A stretch of DNA of 64,000 bases from Octopus vulgaris (lineage: Eukaryota): positions 57,660,001 through 57,724,000 of the forward strand of contig OX597821.1 in assembly GCA_951406725.2 (NCBI GenBank). Direction: 5' to 3'. Of the stretch, positions 15,237 to 28,448 are shown piece by piece. Position 1 is the first letter of the stretch. Each line of letters starts with the position of its first letter. The notes beneath the pieces were generated by a model. The model was not told the DNA's origin, ran no database searches, and worked only from the letters and a program-made list of their open reading frames with translations. The translations under genes were made by a program, and so were the position numbers.

Positions 15237-16638
15237 TACGTCTATTCAACTCTTTCTCCTTCCCTCCTGGCTCCTCCAAACTTCTTTTTACACTGGACAT
15301 CCAGAGCCTCTACACTGTGATCCCTCACCACGAGGGGCTGCGTGCACTGAAACACTTCCTGGACCTCCGACCCAATCCTTAACCCGACACCTCAACACTC
15401 GTTCGTCTGGCCGAACTTGTTCTCTCACTCAACTGCTTCTCGTTCGTGGGTGAGTTCTACCAACAGTCTAGGGAGTGGCCATGGGAACGAGAATGGGCCT
15501 CAACTATGCGAACCTGTTCGTTGGCTATGTTGAGGCCCAACTATTCACTAGTTTCACTGGTCCCACTCCCGAATTATATGGCCATTATATCGACGACTGT
15601 ATCGGTGCCACATCACTCTCCCGCGAAGATCTAGACTCCTTCCTCTCTTTCGTCAAATATTTCCATCCTGTCCTCCACTTCTGCACTATCTCTGACACAT
15701 CTGCCTCCTTTCTTGACATTTCGGTCAGCATTCATCACTCCACTCTTACCACCTCCATCCACTTCAAACACACAGACTCACACTCATACCTAAACTTCTC
15801 CTCCTCCCACCCCAAACACACCAAGCTTTCAATCTCCTATTCCCAATTCCTCCGTCTACGCAGGCTCTGTAGTGACGACCATGACTTTGAGACTCAGTCT
15901 CAACTCATGACTCGCCACTTCATCCTACGTGGATATCCCCTCACCACTATCCACACCGCCCTTGCCAGAGCACGTTCCGTGAACCGTGCATCTGCTCTAA
16001 AGCCCCGAACCCGCCCTGCAGTCTCCCGCCTCCCTTTTCCACTCACCTACCACCCCACCACCCTACGTCTCCAACGCTCCATTCTCCGAGCTTTCCGGCA
16101 TCTCCAGTCCGACCCGTCCACTTCACACAGCTTGCCTACCCGACCTCCCTCCTTCAAACGAGCCCACAACCTACGAGACCTCTTGGTCCACAGCTTCTTC
16201 CCCAACCCTACCTCCCAACCTGGCTCGTTTCCCTGCTCCCGCCCACGCTGTCGCACTTGCCATTACCTCTCCAACACCACTCTCCTCACCGGCACCCATC
16301 ATCGACCCTATCGCATCATCGACTCCTTTACCTAAACCTCCAGTAATATCATCTATTGCATCTCCTGCTCTCTCTGCCATTCCCAGTACATCGGACAAAG
16401 GGGACGCCGCTTAGCTGACCGGTTCGTGGAACACCTCCGAGACATCCGCCTCGGCAATGACACCCCGGTCTCACGCCATTTCCGATCTACCGGTCACTCC
16501 TTGCAATACCTGTCTGTGTTCCGATTGTCCTTGCACAGAGGCCATCCGGACTCCCGTTTGCGCCGTGAACAGGGATTAATCTTCTCTCTTCGCTCTTTTA
16601 CGCCATTTGAGCTCAACTCTCCTCCCCTCTTCATCTAA
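15237..16638 (+). pseudogene. Penelope-like retroelement ORF (RT + Cys linker + GIY-YIG endonuclease), 5'-truncated with stops and a frameshift; probably Neptune clade
   Basis: LFTLDIQSLYTVIPH, GVAMGTRMGLNYANLFVG, YIDDCI, SFLDISV, HSYLNFSSSHPKH, PCSRPRCRTC linker, IYCISC..C..QYIGQ.GRRLADRF.EHLRDI. Confidence 0.93.
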
Positions 16639-17779
<1,141 letters not shown>

Positions 17780-18362
17780 CATGTATGTATGGGTGTATCT
17801 GTTTGTTCCTTAATAAACAACATTCTAGGACGTTGTGAGATAAAAATTCGATCGCCAAAAGTTTTGCTTTATCCGAAATAATATGGATAAATACACACTA
17901 TTTCCACCAGGTAATGTAATATTCCTTTCTTCTATAGGCTCTTGTGGAGAGTGGGATAATCCAGTGCTCGACAGGTACCTGTTTTATCGACCCTGAAAGG
18001 GTGAAAAAGCAAATTGATCTCTCCGGAATTCGAACTCAGAATGTGAAGACGGATGAAATGACGTTAAACATTTTGTCTGGCATGCTAACGATTCTGCTAA
18101 GCTCACCGCTTTCGGCTATACATTAATGAATATACAATTCTTAGAATTCAAAAGGATATTTTAATAAGAGATTTTTGAAATTTATATCTAGGTTAAGGGA
18201 AATTATAGAAAGTACATTCTCTAAATATTTTTTTCTGTGATAAGCATGCTACATCTATACATGGACTGTATCTACTTGTGTTTTCACGAAGTTAGTACCA
18301 CTTCTTCAGGTTGACTATCTCTAAACTGATCTTACAATTAATAAGTCTTTTAAAAACACGCT

Positions 18363-18414
<52 letters not shown>

Positions 18415-18552
18415 CACACACACGCACACACATGCATACATGCATATATATATATATATGTATGTATATATGTATGTAGACATGCTTGTAAATATGCACA
18501 CTATGATACCATATATATATATAAATATATATATATATAAATAAATATATAT

Positions 18553-18651
<99 letters not shown>

Positions 18652-18680
18652 AAGGGTGAAAAGGAACACACGAGTTGATA

Positions 18681-19123
18681 TATATGAAAAAACAAGTAAA
18701 AAATAGAAAATGCTAAAATAATTTTATAGTGAACATTTTCAGTACCGGTTTCGGTCATTTTGAAACCTTTTCAACTGTAACGATTAAATAATTAAATTTA
18801 GAAAAATTAGAAGAAAAGTTTTTTTAAAAGAATATTTCTATAGTAGTGTTCAGATTTAAGTGGCATTCTGCCTTTCTCTGACTCCCTTGTTTGCACTTGT
18901 TTCTTGTTTGCACACAAGTGCAAACAAGGGAGTCAGAGAAAGGCAGAATGCCACTTAAATCTGAACACTACTATAGAAATATTCTTTTAAAAAAACTTTT
19001 CTTCTAATTTTTATAAATTTAATTATTTAATCGTTACAGTTGAAAAGGTCTCAAAATGACCGAAACCGGTACTGAAATGTTCACTATAAAATTATTTTAG
19101 CATTTTCTATTTTTTACTTGTTT

Positions 19124-19130
<7 letters not shown>
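18681..19130. mobile_element. Near-perfect fold-back element (~215 bp arms), hammerhead-bearing
   Basis: 18681-18900 is the reverse complement of about 18912-19130 with only a few differences; adjacent to (TA)n. Confidence 0.9.
19037..19074 (+). ncRNA. Minimal type-I hammerhead ribozyme, U3-A8 core variant (mirror copy at about 18741-18778 on -)
   Basis: cag-TTGAAAA-GGTC(tcaaaat)GACC-GAAA-CCGG-TA-ctg; palindromic stem III ACCGGT; GUA cleavage triplet. Confidence 0.7.
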
Positions 19131-19160
<30 letters not shown>

Positions 19161-20129
19161 GGTTGTGTGCATTTATCTGTAATCGTGTGTATATGTATGG
19201 GTGCGTGAATGTGCGTAGGGTGTGTATGTATGAGTAAGGCTTACAAACTTGAGATTACCATTTCAGTTTAAAGATGGTTAAAATTGATCACGTTCTCTTC
19301 TAAATACATCCGTAATCTGTCGTCCAGATTATCGTTAGTAACAGATAATTGGCACGAACCAGCTGCTGCTTTCTGGTTGCTGTAATATATTTTTACTTTT
19401 GTAAATATGTTTTAGTTAAAATAAATTTTGTTGCTGGAGACATTCGGGAAGTATAATCTTCACGAACAGTGTCGCTATCGACAAGATATCCTCAGAAGAC
19501 ACGGCGACGTGGCTTTCTGCTTCTTTCTTCTTCTTTAGTATATAAATAAGTCCATGGTTTTGTATCTTCCAGAAAACAAGAGAAATTCTTTATATTATAT
19601 TTTTTTAATACTGTTGGTTGATCTCACATCTAGGTGCTGTCTTTGATGCAGTTATATTTGGTTTTTAAGTGCATAATGCTGTTAATTTTGGCATTCAAAT
19701 ATGTCTATGACCGATAATATTCCAGGCACTTGTATTTCTTTCTAATTGGTTTCGACTAATCTAATTTTGTTCGTGTTAGATTATTGGGGGTTTTTTTTGT
19801 CACCCTAAGAGTTCTATATTCATATTTTCTCCCGACGCTTGATGCCCTGAGTTCAAATCCCGCCGAGGCCGATTTTACCTTTCAACCTTTTGAAGATCGA
19901 TAAAATAAAGTACCTGCCAAGTACTGGAGTTGAGGTAATCGTCCTGTCTCCCCATAGCCCACCCTTCAAGATAGTTGACCTTGAACTCCTCTGCCACACA
20001 CTGGCGTCCCGCCATTCATGGAGGAACGTGATCTGGCTCACTTATTCGTCATGGAAACCAGATGACCGATTTTATCAATCCCAAGACTGAAGAAAGAAAA
20101 AAACTAAGACCTTACTGCAAAAAAAAGCA

Positions 20130-20244
20130 TATGGCGGGTTCATCCCACTGCGTGGCACCTTGGGCAGGTATTTTCTACTATAGCCTCGGGCCGACCAAAG
20201 CCTTGTGAGTGGATTTGGTAGACGGAAAGTGAAAGACGCCCGTC

Positions 20245-20286
<42 letters not shown>

Positions 20287-20515
20287 ATGTGTATGTATGT
20301 GTTTGTGTGTCTGTGTTTGCACCCCCGGCCAACATCGCTTGACAATCGATGCTGGTGTGTTTACGTCCCCATAACTTAGCGGTTCGGCAAAAGAGACTGA
20401 TAGAATAAGTATTAGGCTTACAAAGAATAAATCCTGGGGTCGATTTGCTCGACTAAAGGCGGTGCTCTTGCATGGCCACAGTCAAATGACTGAAACAAGT
20501 AAAGAGTGAAAGAGT
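20130..20515 (+). mobile_element. SINE family A with internal (TA)n/(TG)n
   Basis: Matches the family A consensus through its gtaaagag tail. Confidence 0.85.
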
Positions 20516-20707
20516 TGTTTTTACATGTGATGTTGATGTTGCTGGTGATGATGATGGTGGTGATTGGTGGTAGTGGTATTTTTCTGTGATTCTGTGATTG
20601 TTATTGAAAAACCATGTCCATACTGATTGAGAATATTAAAATGCTCTAAATTGTGACTGTCGCCACTATACAATAGTGTGACTGGCCTACTATACAATAG
20701 TACTAAT

Positions 20708-20874
20708 CAGTTGCGTAGCTTAGTGTATACCGCTCAGAACAGCCCTTGAATTTGTAGCCCGTCATCTCCTATACAGACTTATACTATAGGCCTAAAAATG
20801 CAGCCCCATAAAAATCGTCGCCCGAAGCAGACTGCTCCCCTTCCACCGTCAATCTTCTTCCTAGCCATGCTACT
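20708..20874. mobile_element. Possible degenerate hAT-type MITE
   Basis: Ends cagttgcgtagct ... agccatgctact resemble a decayed CAGTGGCGTAGCT TIR pair. Confidence 0.3.
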
Positions 20875-21774
20875 TTTACTATTCACTGTTCCTTACGTTC
20901 TTAAAACTTTTTTTACGGTTTGATGTTAAATATTTGAAAATCTGACTATTATTTCTAGCGTGCTGAACGACCCAATGCTATTAAATAATAGATACAGTAT
21001 ACGTTTAGTAGGTTTTATAATAATTAAATCACGTCTTAACTCGGCGGCCATCATTTATTCACATGTCTTAGCTCGTTTACTATGTCTTTGAAGTGAAATA
21101 TAAAAAAAGTGTTCTTATGAGCAAAACTTTTACGGATATCAAATGTAACAGGATAATGACTGCTTTTTAGGTTTAAAAAACAAATGCTTTATTTTATTCT
21201 ATACGCACAGGAAGATCATAAGGCATAACATGAAGCAGAGAGAGCTGAAGTCTCATCATATTGCTCTCTAATTTATCAAATACATCAAAGAGTACGAAAT
21301 GTACCCCTCTTGAGGTTTTTGCTGCGCGTGTATTTTATGTTTGTATATGAATTTGTATTTTTTTTTATGAGGCCCTATATTTCTGCGTGCTTTCCTTTGT
21401 GAATGTCCGTGCTTGTAGATTTTATTTTTTCCTTGTTTGTTTGTTTTACGCATGTATATGTGTGTGTGTGTATGTGAGCTTCTGTGGTTATCAATACCAA
21501 TGCACATGTTTATGTACAGTAAGAGGAATATATTAAATTTAGAGAGAGTATGTATCAGATATTTATGCGTTTGGTGTGAATGTGTGTTTAAGAAACTCGC
21601 TTTGCTACCAAATGGTTTCGATTTCATTCCTGCTGCGCGACAGCTTGGGCTGTGATCTGTTATAGTCCTGGGCTGACCAATGCTTTGTGAGTCAATTTGG
21701 TTGACACAAAGTGTGTGAAAGCACGTCGTATATATATATATGTGTGTGTGTATGTATGTATGTATGTATGTATG

Positions 21775-21852
<78 letters not shown>

Positions 21853-21869
21853 TATACATATATATATAT

Positions 21870-23024
21870 GTGAGAAAAGCAGCACCATGACGGAATTCAC
21901 TCTGCCAGAAATTTGGAAACGACATCCTGTACTGCTTGGCCTTCGTGCCGGAAGCTTCAATACGAACATTTCAGAGTGTTTAGTGTTTCGGTGTCAATCC
22001 GAGGACAGTGCAGAGGATTCGGAAAGAGTTGGATGAGTCTAATGGTGATTATGAAGGTAAGGCAGCTGTGATCCAGGCTGTGATTGACAACGATCCCTCC
22101 ATGTCAATCAGGTCCATCGCCAGGGACATGGGAGTGTCTAAGTTTCTTATCAAGCAGGTAGTGCATGAAGACATTCAGTATTCCTCATACAAGATGAGAA
22201 AAGGCCAATGTTTATTCCAAGCCATCAAGGACATGAGGAAAGATCGCACTACGAAGCTTTTGAACAAACTCAAGCAACCCCTCCAATCAAATATGCTTTT
22301 GTTTTACTCAGACGAGAAACATTTCTGCCAGTATCAGTTGGTGAATATACAGGACAAACATTGGCTTGCCTTTTCCCCAAAACATGTACCGAGAGTGATA
22401 AAAATCAAACATCCAGTCAATATCATGGTGTTTTGGAGTGACCACTAGTGATAGTGACGTTATGCTTTCATTCATCTTCCCACACGGCCTCAGACTCAAC
22501 ACGGAGGCCTACATCAAGTGCCCAGAGGAGATAGTACTGCCCTGGGTTAAGAAGGTAGCTGCTGAAATACCTGTCTGGCAACAGGACTCTGCACCATGCT
22601 ACATAAGCAGGAGAACCCAATCGTGAATGTCAGACAATTTCTTAGACTACATCACGCCTAAAATCTGGCCACCTAACTCCCCAGACTACAACCCCTTTGA
22701 TTATCATGTGCGCGGCGCAGTTAGCGAGCGACCAGCAAAACTCCTTGTAACACCAAAGGTGAACAGAAAGCAATGATTATGGCAGCATTCACCAATTTAA
22801 ACACGCCCAGAAGAGTTGCAGGTGATTCCGAAGTCGTCAGGGGACCGTGGTTGAAGCCAATGGTAATTTTATTGAATTCCCCTCTATGTTTAGCCTCTTG
22901 TGGGTAATAAAGAAATAGGTAATTTTATTGAATAAATTTACTCTTTGGTATTTCAAGATATGAGATGTCAGCGTTATTTACATTTTTGCGTAATTTAGAG
23001 TACAGTTTATTTACTTCACCCTGT
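21870..23024 (+). mobile_element. DD37D (maT) Tc1/mariner-superfamily transposon remnant, disrupted transposase
   Basis: HTH SIRSIARDMGVSKFLIKQVVHEDI; SDEKHF; QQDSAPCY...WPPNSPDYNPFDY with 37 codons (one now a stop) between the 2nd and 3rd D; right end cttcaccctg|TA. Confidence 0.9.
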
Positions 23025-23217
23025 ATATGTATGTATATATATATACATATACGTTTAGGAAATAATTGTGTTGCAGGATTCTTGATGTAAAACCGTGTGT
23101 TGAAACAGATATTGTTGTATTTCGGGAAGGTATTTTTTTTTGCCAAATAAACATACGCATTCTATATTCATTCTTCATTATTTTACTACTGTTCTTATTT
23201 TAACTCATGTTCATTGT

Positions 23218-23257
23218 CCGGAAATATTTCGTCACACATCTCTGACCTCTTCAGCGA
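23218..23257 (-). ncRNA. Hammerhead-like motif
   Basis: Reverse complement: cg-CTGAAGA-g-GTCA(gagatgtg)TGAC-GAAA-tatt-TC-cg; stems I and III are minimal. Confidence 0.45.
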
Positions 23258-23409
23258 TACTTTCCCTCTTCGTGTGTGCTCCTGCTCCGCTTACTCCATT
23301 CTGTCAGCCATACACCTAATTATACACACAATACATACTAAATACCTGGGTGTTTTTTTTTTATGTATGTAACAGTAGTAAAATATATTAATATATTTTA
23401 CATAGTGCA

Positions 23410-24200
23410 AGTTGGCGAACTGGCAGAATCGTTACCATGCCGGACGAAATGCTTAGGGGTATTTCGCCCGTCGCAACGTTTTGAGTTGAAATTCCGCCTA
23501 TGTTGACTTTGTCTTTCATCCTTTCAGGGTCGATAAATTAAGTACCAGTGAAGCACTGGGGTCGTTGTATTCGACTAGTAACCCCGCTCCAAATTTCAGA
23601 CCTTTAGTGGAAAAGAATCGTTACCTTGCCGGGAAAAAAACTGTTTAACGGCATTTTTTACCAACTTTACGTTCTGAGTTCAAATTCCACCAGGGTCTAT
23701 CTGCCTTTCATCCTTTCGGGGTTGGTAAAATAAGTACCAGTTGAGCACTGAGGTCGATACTATCGACTAACCCCTCCCCTTAAATTGTGAGTCTTGTGCC
23801 TAAATTTGAAATCAATATATATTTCATATTTTATTATTTCATATTCTTTATATATTGATTTCAAATTTTGGTCTTGTACCAAGTCTTAATTTATCGGCAC
23901 CGAAAGGATGAAAAGCCAAGTCGACCTCGGCGGAATTTGAACTCAGAACGTAGCCGCAGACGAAATACCTATTTCTTTACTACCCACAAGGGGCTAAACA
24001 CAGTGGGGACAAACAAGGACAGACAAACGGATTAAGTCGACTACATCGACCCCAGTGCGTAACTGGTACTTAATTTATCGACCCCGAAAGGATGAAAGGC
24101 AAAGTTGACCTCGGCGGAATTTGAACTCAGAACGCAGCGGCGGACGAAATACTGCTAAGCATTTCACCCGGCGTGCTAACGTTTCTGCCAGCTCGCCGCC
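23410..24200. mobile_element. Cluster of SINE family B copies (two on +, a tandem pair on -)
   Basis: Repeated gttcaaattccgccgaggtcgactttgcctttcatcctttcggggtcgataaattaagtaccag and its reverse complement. Confidence 0.85.
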
Positions 24201-24345
24201 TTCAGTATATCAATATATGTTTCATTGTGCAAACTATGTTCACAGATTGGAACAGTCTAGCCCAGAGTAAAACTCAAAGCAGACTATCAACTTTGACATA
24301 TTGTAATATGTGTGCGCGCGCGCGTGTGTTATGTGAGTGTGTGTA

Positions 24346-24378
<33 letters not shown>

Positions 24379-24400
24379 TGTGTGTGTGTGTGTGTGCGTG

Positions 24401-24431
<31 letters not shown>

Positions 24432-24901
24432 TGTGTGTGTGTAGAATTAATGCTGAAACGAAATTTTGCAAGACATGAGGGAATATTTCTCGCACAGAGG
24501 ATGTAAATAAAAGATGGCAATTAAGAAATCAAACGATATAATCTCTACCAAATTGTTTATCACATCAAATAGTTGAGCTTATATCTATTTAGTACACTAA
24601 ATAGGACAATCGTCATTCATATTGAAATGTTTACTGCTAAGCTTCAATATATTCTAGGTCGATATACATTTACTGTCAAAGCCAATACAAGCTCTATTGT
24701 TATCAAAGGATGATTGCTGATTGGTAGTCGCATTTCATACAGTTTCAATGTATATTCTATATAGGCTGAGACCATAATTCTGTTGGAAGTATCAAAGAAC
24801 TTTCCTTATTCATTCCGAAACAGTTTATTGCCAAGTGCCGAAGTTAAGATTTAGGTATATATAGTGTTATTATTTTAATTTATACACACACACACACACA
24901 T

Positions 24902-24944
<43 letters not shown>

Positions 24945-24947
<3 letters not shown>

Positions 24948-25175
24948 CGGGAAGCTTTATGAAAATAAACAAAAGACGAAGGCAGGTGGAATATAAACAA
25001 ACAATTGTATTAGTATGGCGCTCAGGAATATAAATAAAACAAGTCTTTTACGTTTCGAGCCTACGCTCTTCAACAGAAAGATACACAGAAAAGAAACACA
25101 GAAAGAAACAAGGAGAGAAAAAAATGCGTGCAGAAGCTAGCGAATCAACATGGCGATCTGATTCCGGCCAGAAAT
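24945..25175 (-). mobile_element. Solo PLE terminal segment with the best-preserved hammerhead-like motif (25045-25080)
   Basis: Reverse complement cttt-CTGTTGAA-GAGC(gtag)GCTC-GAAA-CG-TA-aaag; homologous to 17480-17640; abuts (TA)n. Confidence 0.8.
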
Positions 25176-25609
25176 ATATTTCTCTTCAAATAGATATCTA
25201 TCATTATTAATTCCGTTATTATTTTTACGACCCTATTTTTCGAATTCTTTCTTACTGTTTTGTACTCTTCTCTTTATCTACATATTTGATATCACAGAAT
25301 TATCATTGTGTTTTAGAAATATTTCATAAATTCTTAATATTAATAGAATTCGTTGCAGATTACAGAATTTCAGATAAATATTAACGCAAAATGTTTTATT
25401 TCGTTTCCTTTAATATTTTCTTCTAAAATAGCAGCGTTCCTATCTGATAGTAATAGTTACTTATCACATTGGAAAACAAATAACCATATATGGAGGGGTG
25501 TGTGTAGGTATGTGTGCATGTATGTATGCACATAAGGTATGTACGTGTCTTGTATATACATACATACACACATACACATATATATACATTTATATATATA
25601 TATATATTC

Positions 25610-25820
25610 ATCATGTTGACCTGTTAATCCCTATACATTTTCTCTCTCCGTATTTTCGTTTGTTTTATTCTCACTCCTTTCTTTCCCCCTCTCTGAATCC
25701 TTTCTGTCGAAGAGGGTAAGTTCCCAACGTAAAAGATTTTCCATTCTAACCGAGCGTCAACCTAATACACCTACTTGTTTTTCTTTCAGTTTTTGTCTTT
25801 TGCTTTCTGTAAAATCAAAC
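25610..25820 (+). mobile_element. Diverged solo PLE terminal segment
   Basis: ctttctgtcgaagagggtaagttcccaacgtaaaag...gagcgtcaacctaatacacct similar to 17561-17635. Confidence 0.65.
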
Positions 25821-25842
25821 TATATATATATATATATATATA

Positions 25843-26608
25843 TATAATGGTTGTATACTGTCAATCTAACAAGAACGTGACAGTAGGGGGTACACCACCG
25901 TTATATAGCCCTAGGAGGCATCGAATGCCTCCTGACAGCTTCGACACATTTTATCCTGTGTCCTTATATACACATACGAAGGGGAGACAAACAAACACCC
26001 CCAACTGCCGGAACTGCATCTAGGGACACCGTGTTTCAGGATCATTGTCCTTCATCGGCCTAGAGTAGCAGACACCGGTCAGCTGGCGATGTCTGTCTCG
26101 ACTTCGTATCTGTATATATCTATAGTCAGTGAAGTCTATTCACTGATTATCAAAATAAGAAATATTGAGTTTCTAAATCTCTCGTAGAGAGGTGTACGGT
26201 GGTGGAGCGATATAATGGTTGTATACTGTCAATCTAACAAGAACGTGACAGTAGGGGTACACCACCGTTATATAGCCCTAGGAGGCATCGAACGCCTCCT
26301 GACAGCTTCGACACATTTTATCCTGTGTCCTTATATACACATACGATGAAGGACAATGATCCTGAAATACGGTGTCCCTAGATGCAGTTTCGGCAGTTGG
26401 GGGGTGTTTGTCTCCCCTTCGTATGTGTATATAAGGACACAGGATAAAATGTGTCGAAGCTGTCAGGAGGCGTTCGATGCCTCCTAGGGCTATATAACGG
26501 TGGTGTACCCCCTACTGTCACGTTCTTGTTAGATTGACAGTATACAACCATTATATCGCTCCACCACCGTACACCTCTCTACGAGAGATTTAGAAACTCA
26601 ATATTTCT

Positions 26609-26609
<1 letters not shown>
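25843..26609. mobile_element. Retrozyme-like element: 368-bp monomer in ~1.4 tandem copies plus an inverted, circularly permuted arm, inserted in (TA)n
   Basis: aatggttgtatactg recurs at 25846 and 26214 (period 368); 26344-26609 is a reverse complement that crosses the monomer junction; one hammerhead per monomer; no recognisable ORF. Confidence 0.8.
26020..26063 (-). ncRNA. Type-I hammerhead ribozyme, U4C core variant
   Basis: Reverse complement: ctagg-CCGATGA-AGGA(caatga)TCCT-GAAA-CAC(g)GTG-TC-cctag; 5-bp stem I, 4-bp stems II and III, GUC triplet; partial second copy at 26344-26381(+). Confidence 0.8.
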
Positions 26610-26639
<30 letters not shown>

Positions 26640-26984
26640 GTATGTATATATGTATATTTGTACGCATGTATATGTATATAACACATTCATAATTTACTCC
26701 GACCCCAGTGGTCAACTGGTACTTGTTTTATCGACTCCCAAAGGATGAAGGAAGTCCACCTCGGCGAAATTTGAAGTCAGAGCGTAAAGACGTACGAAAT
26801 GCCGCTAACCATTTGCTCAGTGTGCTAACGAGTCTGCCGGTTGGCCAGCTTATTCTCAACCAAATATTAGAACAGATTTCACTTTGTTGTTATAGGTTTT
26901 AATTTTACTCTTAAGAATAAACTCTATAACAGTCTTTCAGATCGACAGAATGCTTTGGCAAATCACAATTTACAGTTGCCGCTG

Positions 26985-27273
26985 TTGCTGTTGCAGTTGC
27001 TGTTGAGCATAGCGGTCTTCGTCCAGTGGGAGAAGTCCGAAACGTAGTCCTTTGCTATTCGTAAGACCCGCAGAAGAGAAAGCAGGTCAACCCCGCGACA
27101 CCGAGAGCATCGACGGATGGATGAATGCGCATCCAAGCTCAGCAGTTGCGTAGGAAGTCGGGGACAAGAAACAGGAAGAAAGAGTGAGAGAAAGTTGGAG
27201 CGAAAGAGTACAACCGGGGTCGCCACCACTCCCTGCCGGAACCTCGTGGAGCTTTAGGTGTTTTCGCTCAATA
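26985..27273 (-). mobile_element. 5'-truncated SINE family C with (CAR)n-like tail and 14-bp TSD
   Basis: TSD tacagttgccgctg at 26971-26984 and 27274-27287; body shares aaacacctaaagctccacgagg..ccggcaggga..ggtggcga...actttctctcactctttctt with 32891-33165. Confidence 0.8.
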
Positions 27274-27289
27274 TACAGTTGCCGCTGCA

Positions 27290-27975
27290 GTGAGGTCGCT
27301 TTTATGCTCAGTCATCCTAGAAGTTATGCCAGCCGATTGCAAGCTCTTGGTAGGGATTCCTATGCTGGACAGGTCAAAGGGTATAACCTGCCTAATGTTG
27401 ATCACCTCTCCGCAGATGTAAAAATGCGTAGGCCCAACACCCCTACGTAGAAAATAGCAAAGTTATACAAAGTGGCTGCGTGGTGAGTATCTTTCTTACC
27501 AACCACATAGTTCTGGGTTCAGTCCCACTGCGTGGCACCTTGGGCAAGTATCTTCTACTATAGCCTCGGGCCGACAAAGACTTGTGAGTGGATTTGGTGG
27601 ACGGAAACTAAAAGAAGCCCGTCGTATATATGTATATGTATATCTGTGTGTGTGTGTTTGTATGACTGTGTTTGTCCCCCCAACATCGCTTGACAACTGA
27701 TGCTGGTGTGTTTGCGTCCCCGCAATTTAGCGGTTTGGCAAAAGAGACTGATAGAATAAGTACTGGGCTTACAAATAATAAGTCCTGGGGTCGATTTGCT
27801 CGACTAAAGGCGGTGCTCCAGCATGGCCGCAGTCAAATGGCTGAAACAAGTAAAAGAGTAAAGATGACAATTGAAATCAACAGGACATGAGAAGGGTCGA
27901 TGTTACAGCTCAGAGTCGAGAACAGTGGAAAAAAGTCTTCGGTAACCTAAACTCCACTGGAAATGAAGGGCTTAC
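27290..27975 (+). mobile_element. RTE-clade-derived bipartite remnant (5' UTR-like + ORF C-terminus) interrupted by a SINE A copy (about 27470-27862)
   Basis: cctagaagttatgccagc...gctcttggtagggattcctatgctggacaggtcaaaggg resembles RTE 5' UTRs (recalled, not searched); after the SINE, the frame reads TAQSREQWKKVFGNLNSTG, like RTE 'AQDR..W...V..LCS.G' termini. Confidence 0.5.
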
Positions 27976-28366
27976 GGACGTAAATTTCTTAAGCCGCGGC
28001 GCGTGGATGTCTTTGTAGCTTCTCCCACCCTTGACTTTTCTGATGTCTCGTGTTGGATATGATGTTATTATTATTACTTTTTTTCTAACATATAAATGTA
28101 TATTGTATTATTAAGCATATTCATTCCTAAGTTTCATAACACACTATATATTGAAACGACTGTACTATTGTAAGATAATAAACATACACAGACGCATGCA
28201 TCTACATACATACATACATACATACATACATACATACATACATACATACATACATACATACATACATACGTATACGTGTGTACGTGAGTGTGTATGTGTA
28301 TATGCATGTATCTATATATGTATATGTGTGGTGTGTGTGTAGTAACATATGAATGGCGTTTAAGTG

Positions 28367-28448
28367 TGCTACAGCTGTTTCGATAGTACTTTATTCAATG
28401 CAGTCGTAAAAAATTACATCATATTATATATTCCACAATCTTCAGGCA
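28367..28448 (-). ncRNA. Hammerhead-like motif with long stem II insert
   Basis: Reverse complement: tgc-CTGAAGA-(~55 nt)-GAAA-CAGCTG-TA-gca; palindromic stem III ACAGCTGT; stem II poorly paired. Confidence 0.45.

Noticed and set aside
15204-15240. tRNA-like sequences (also 32891, 44498, 49530-49590, 58800)
   Set aside because: SINE heads without complete cloverleaf or acceptor stem; not tRNA genes.
19250-19760. Protein-like minus-strand stretch (DTKPWTYLYTKEEERSRKPRRRVF...)
   Set aside because: Stops in every frame and no recognisable motif.
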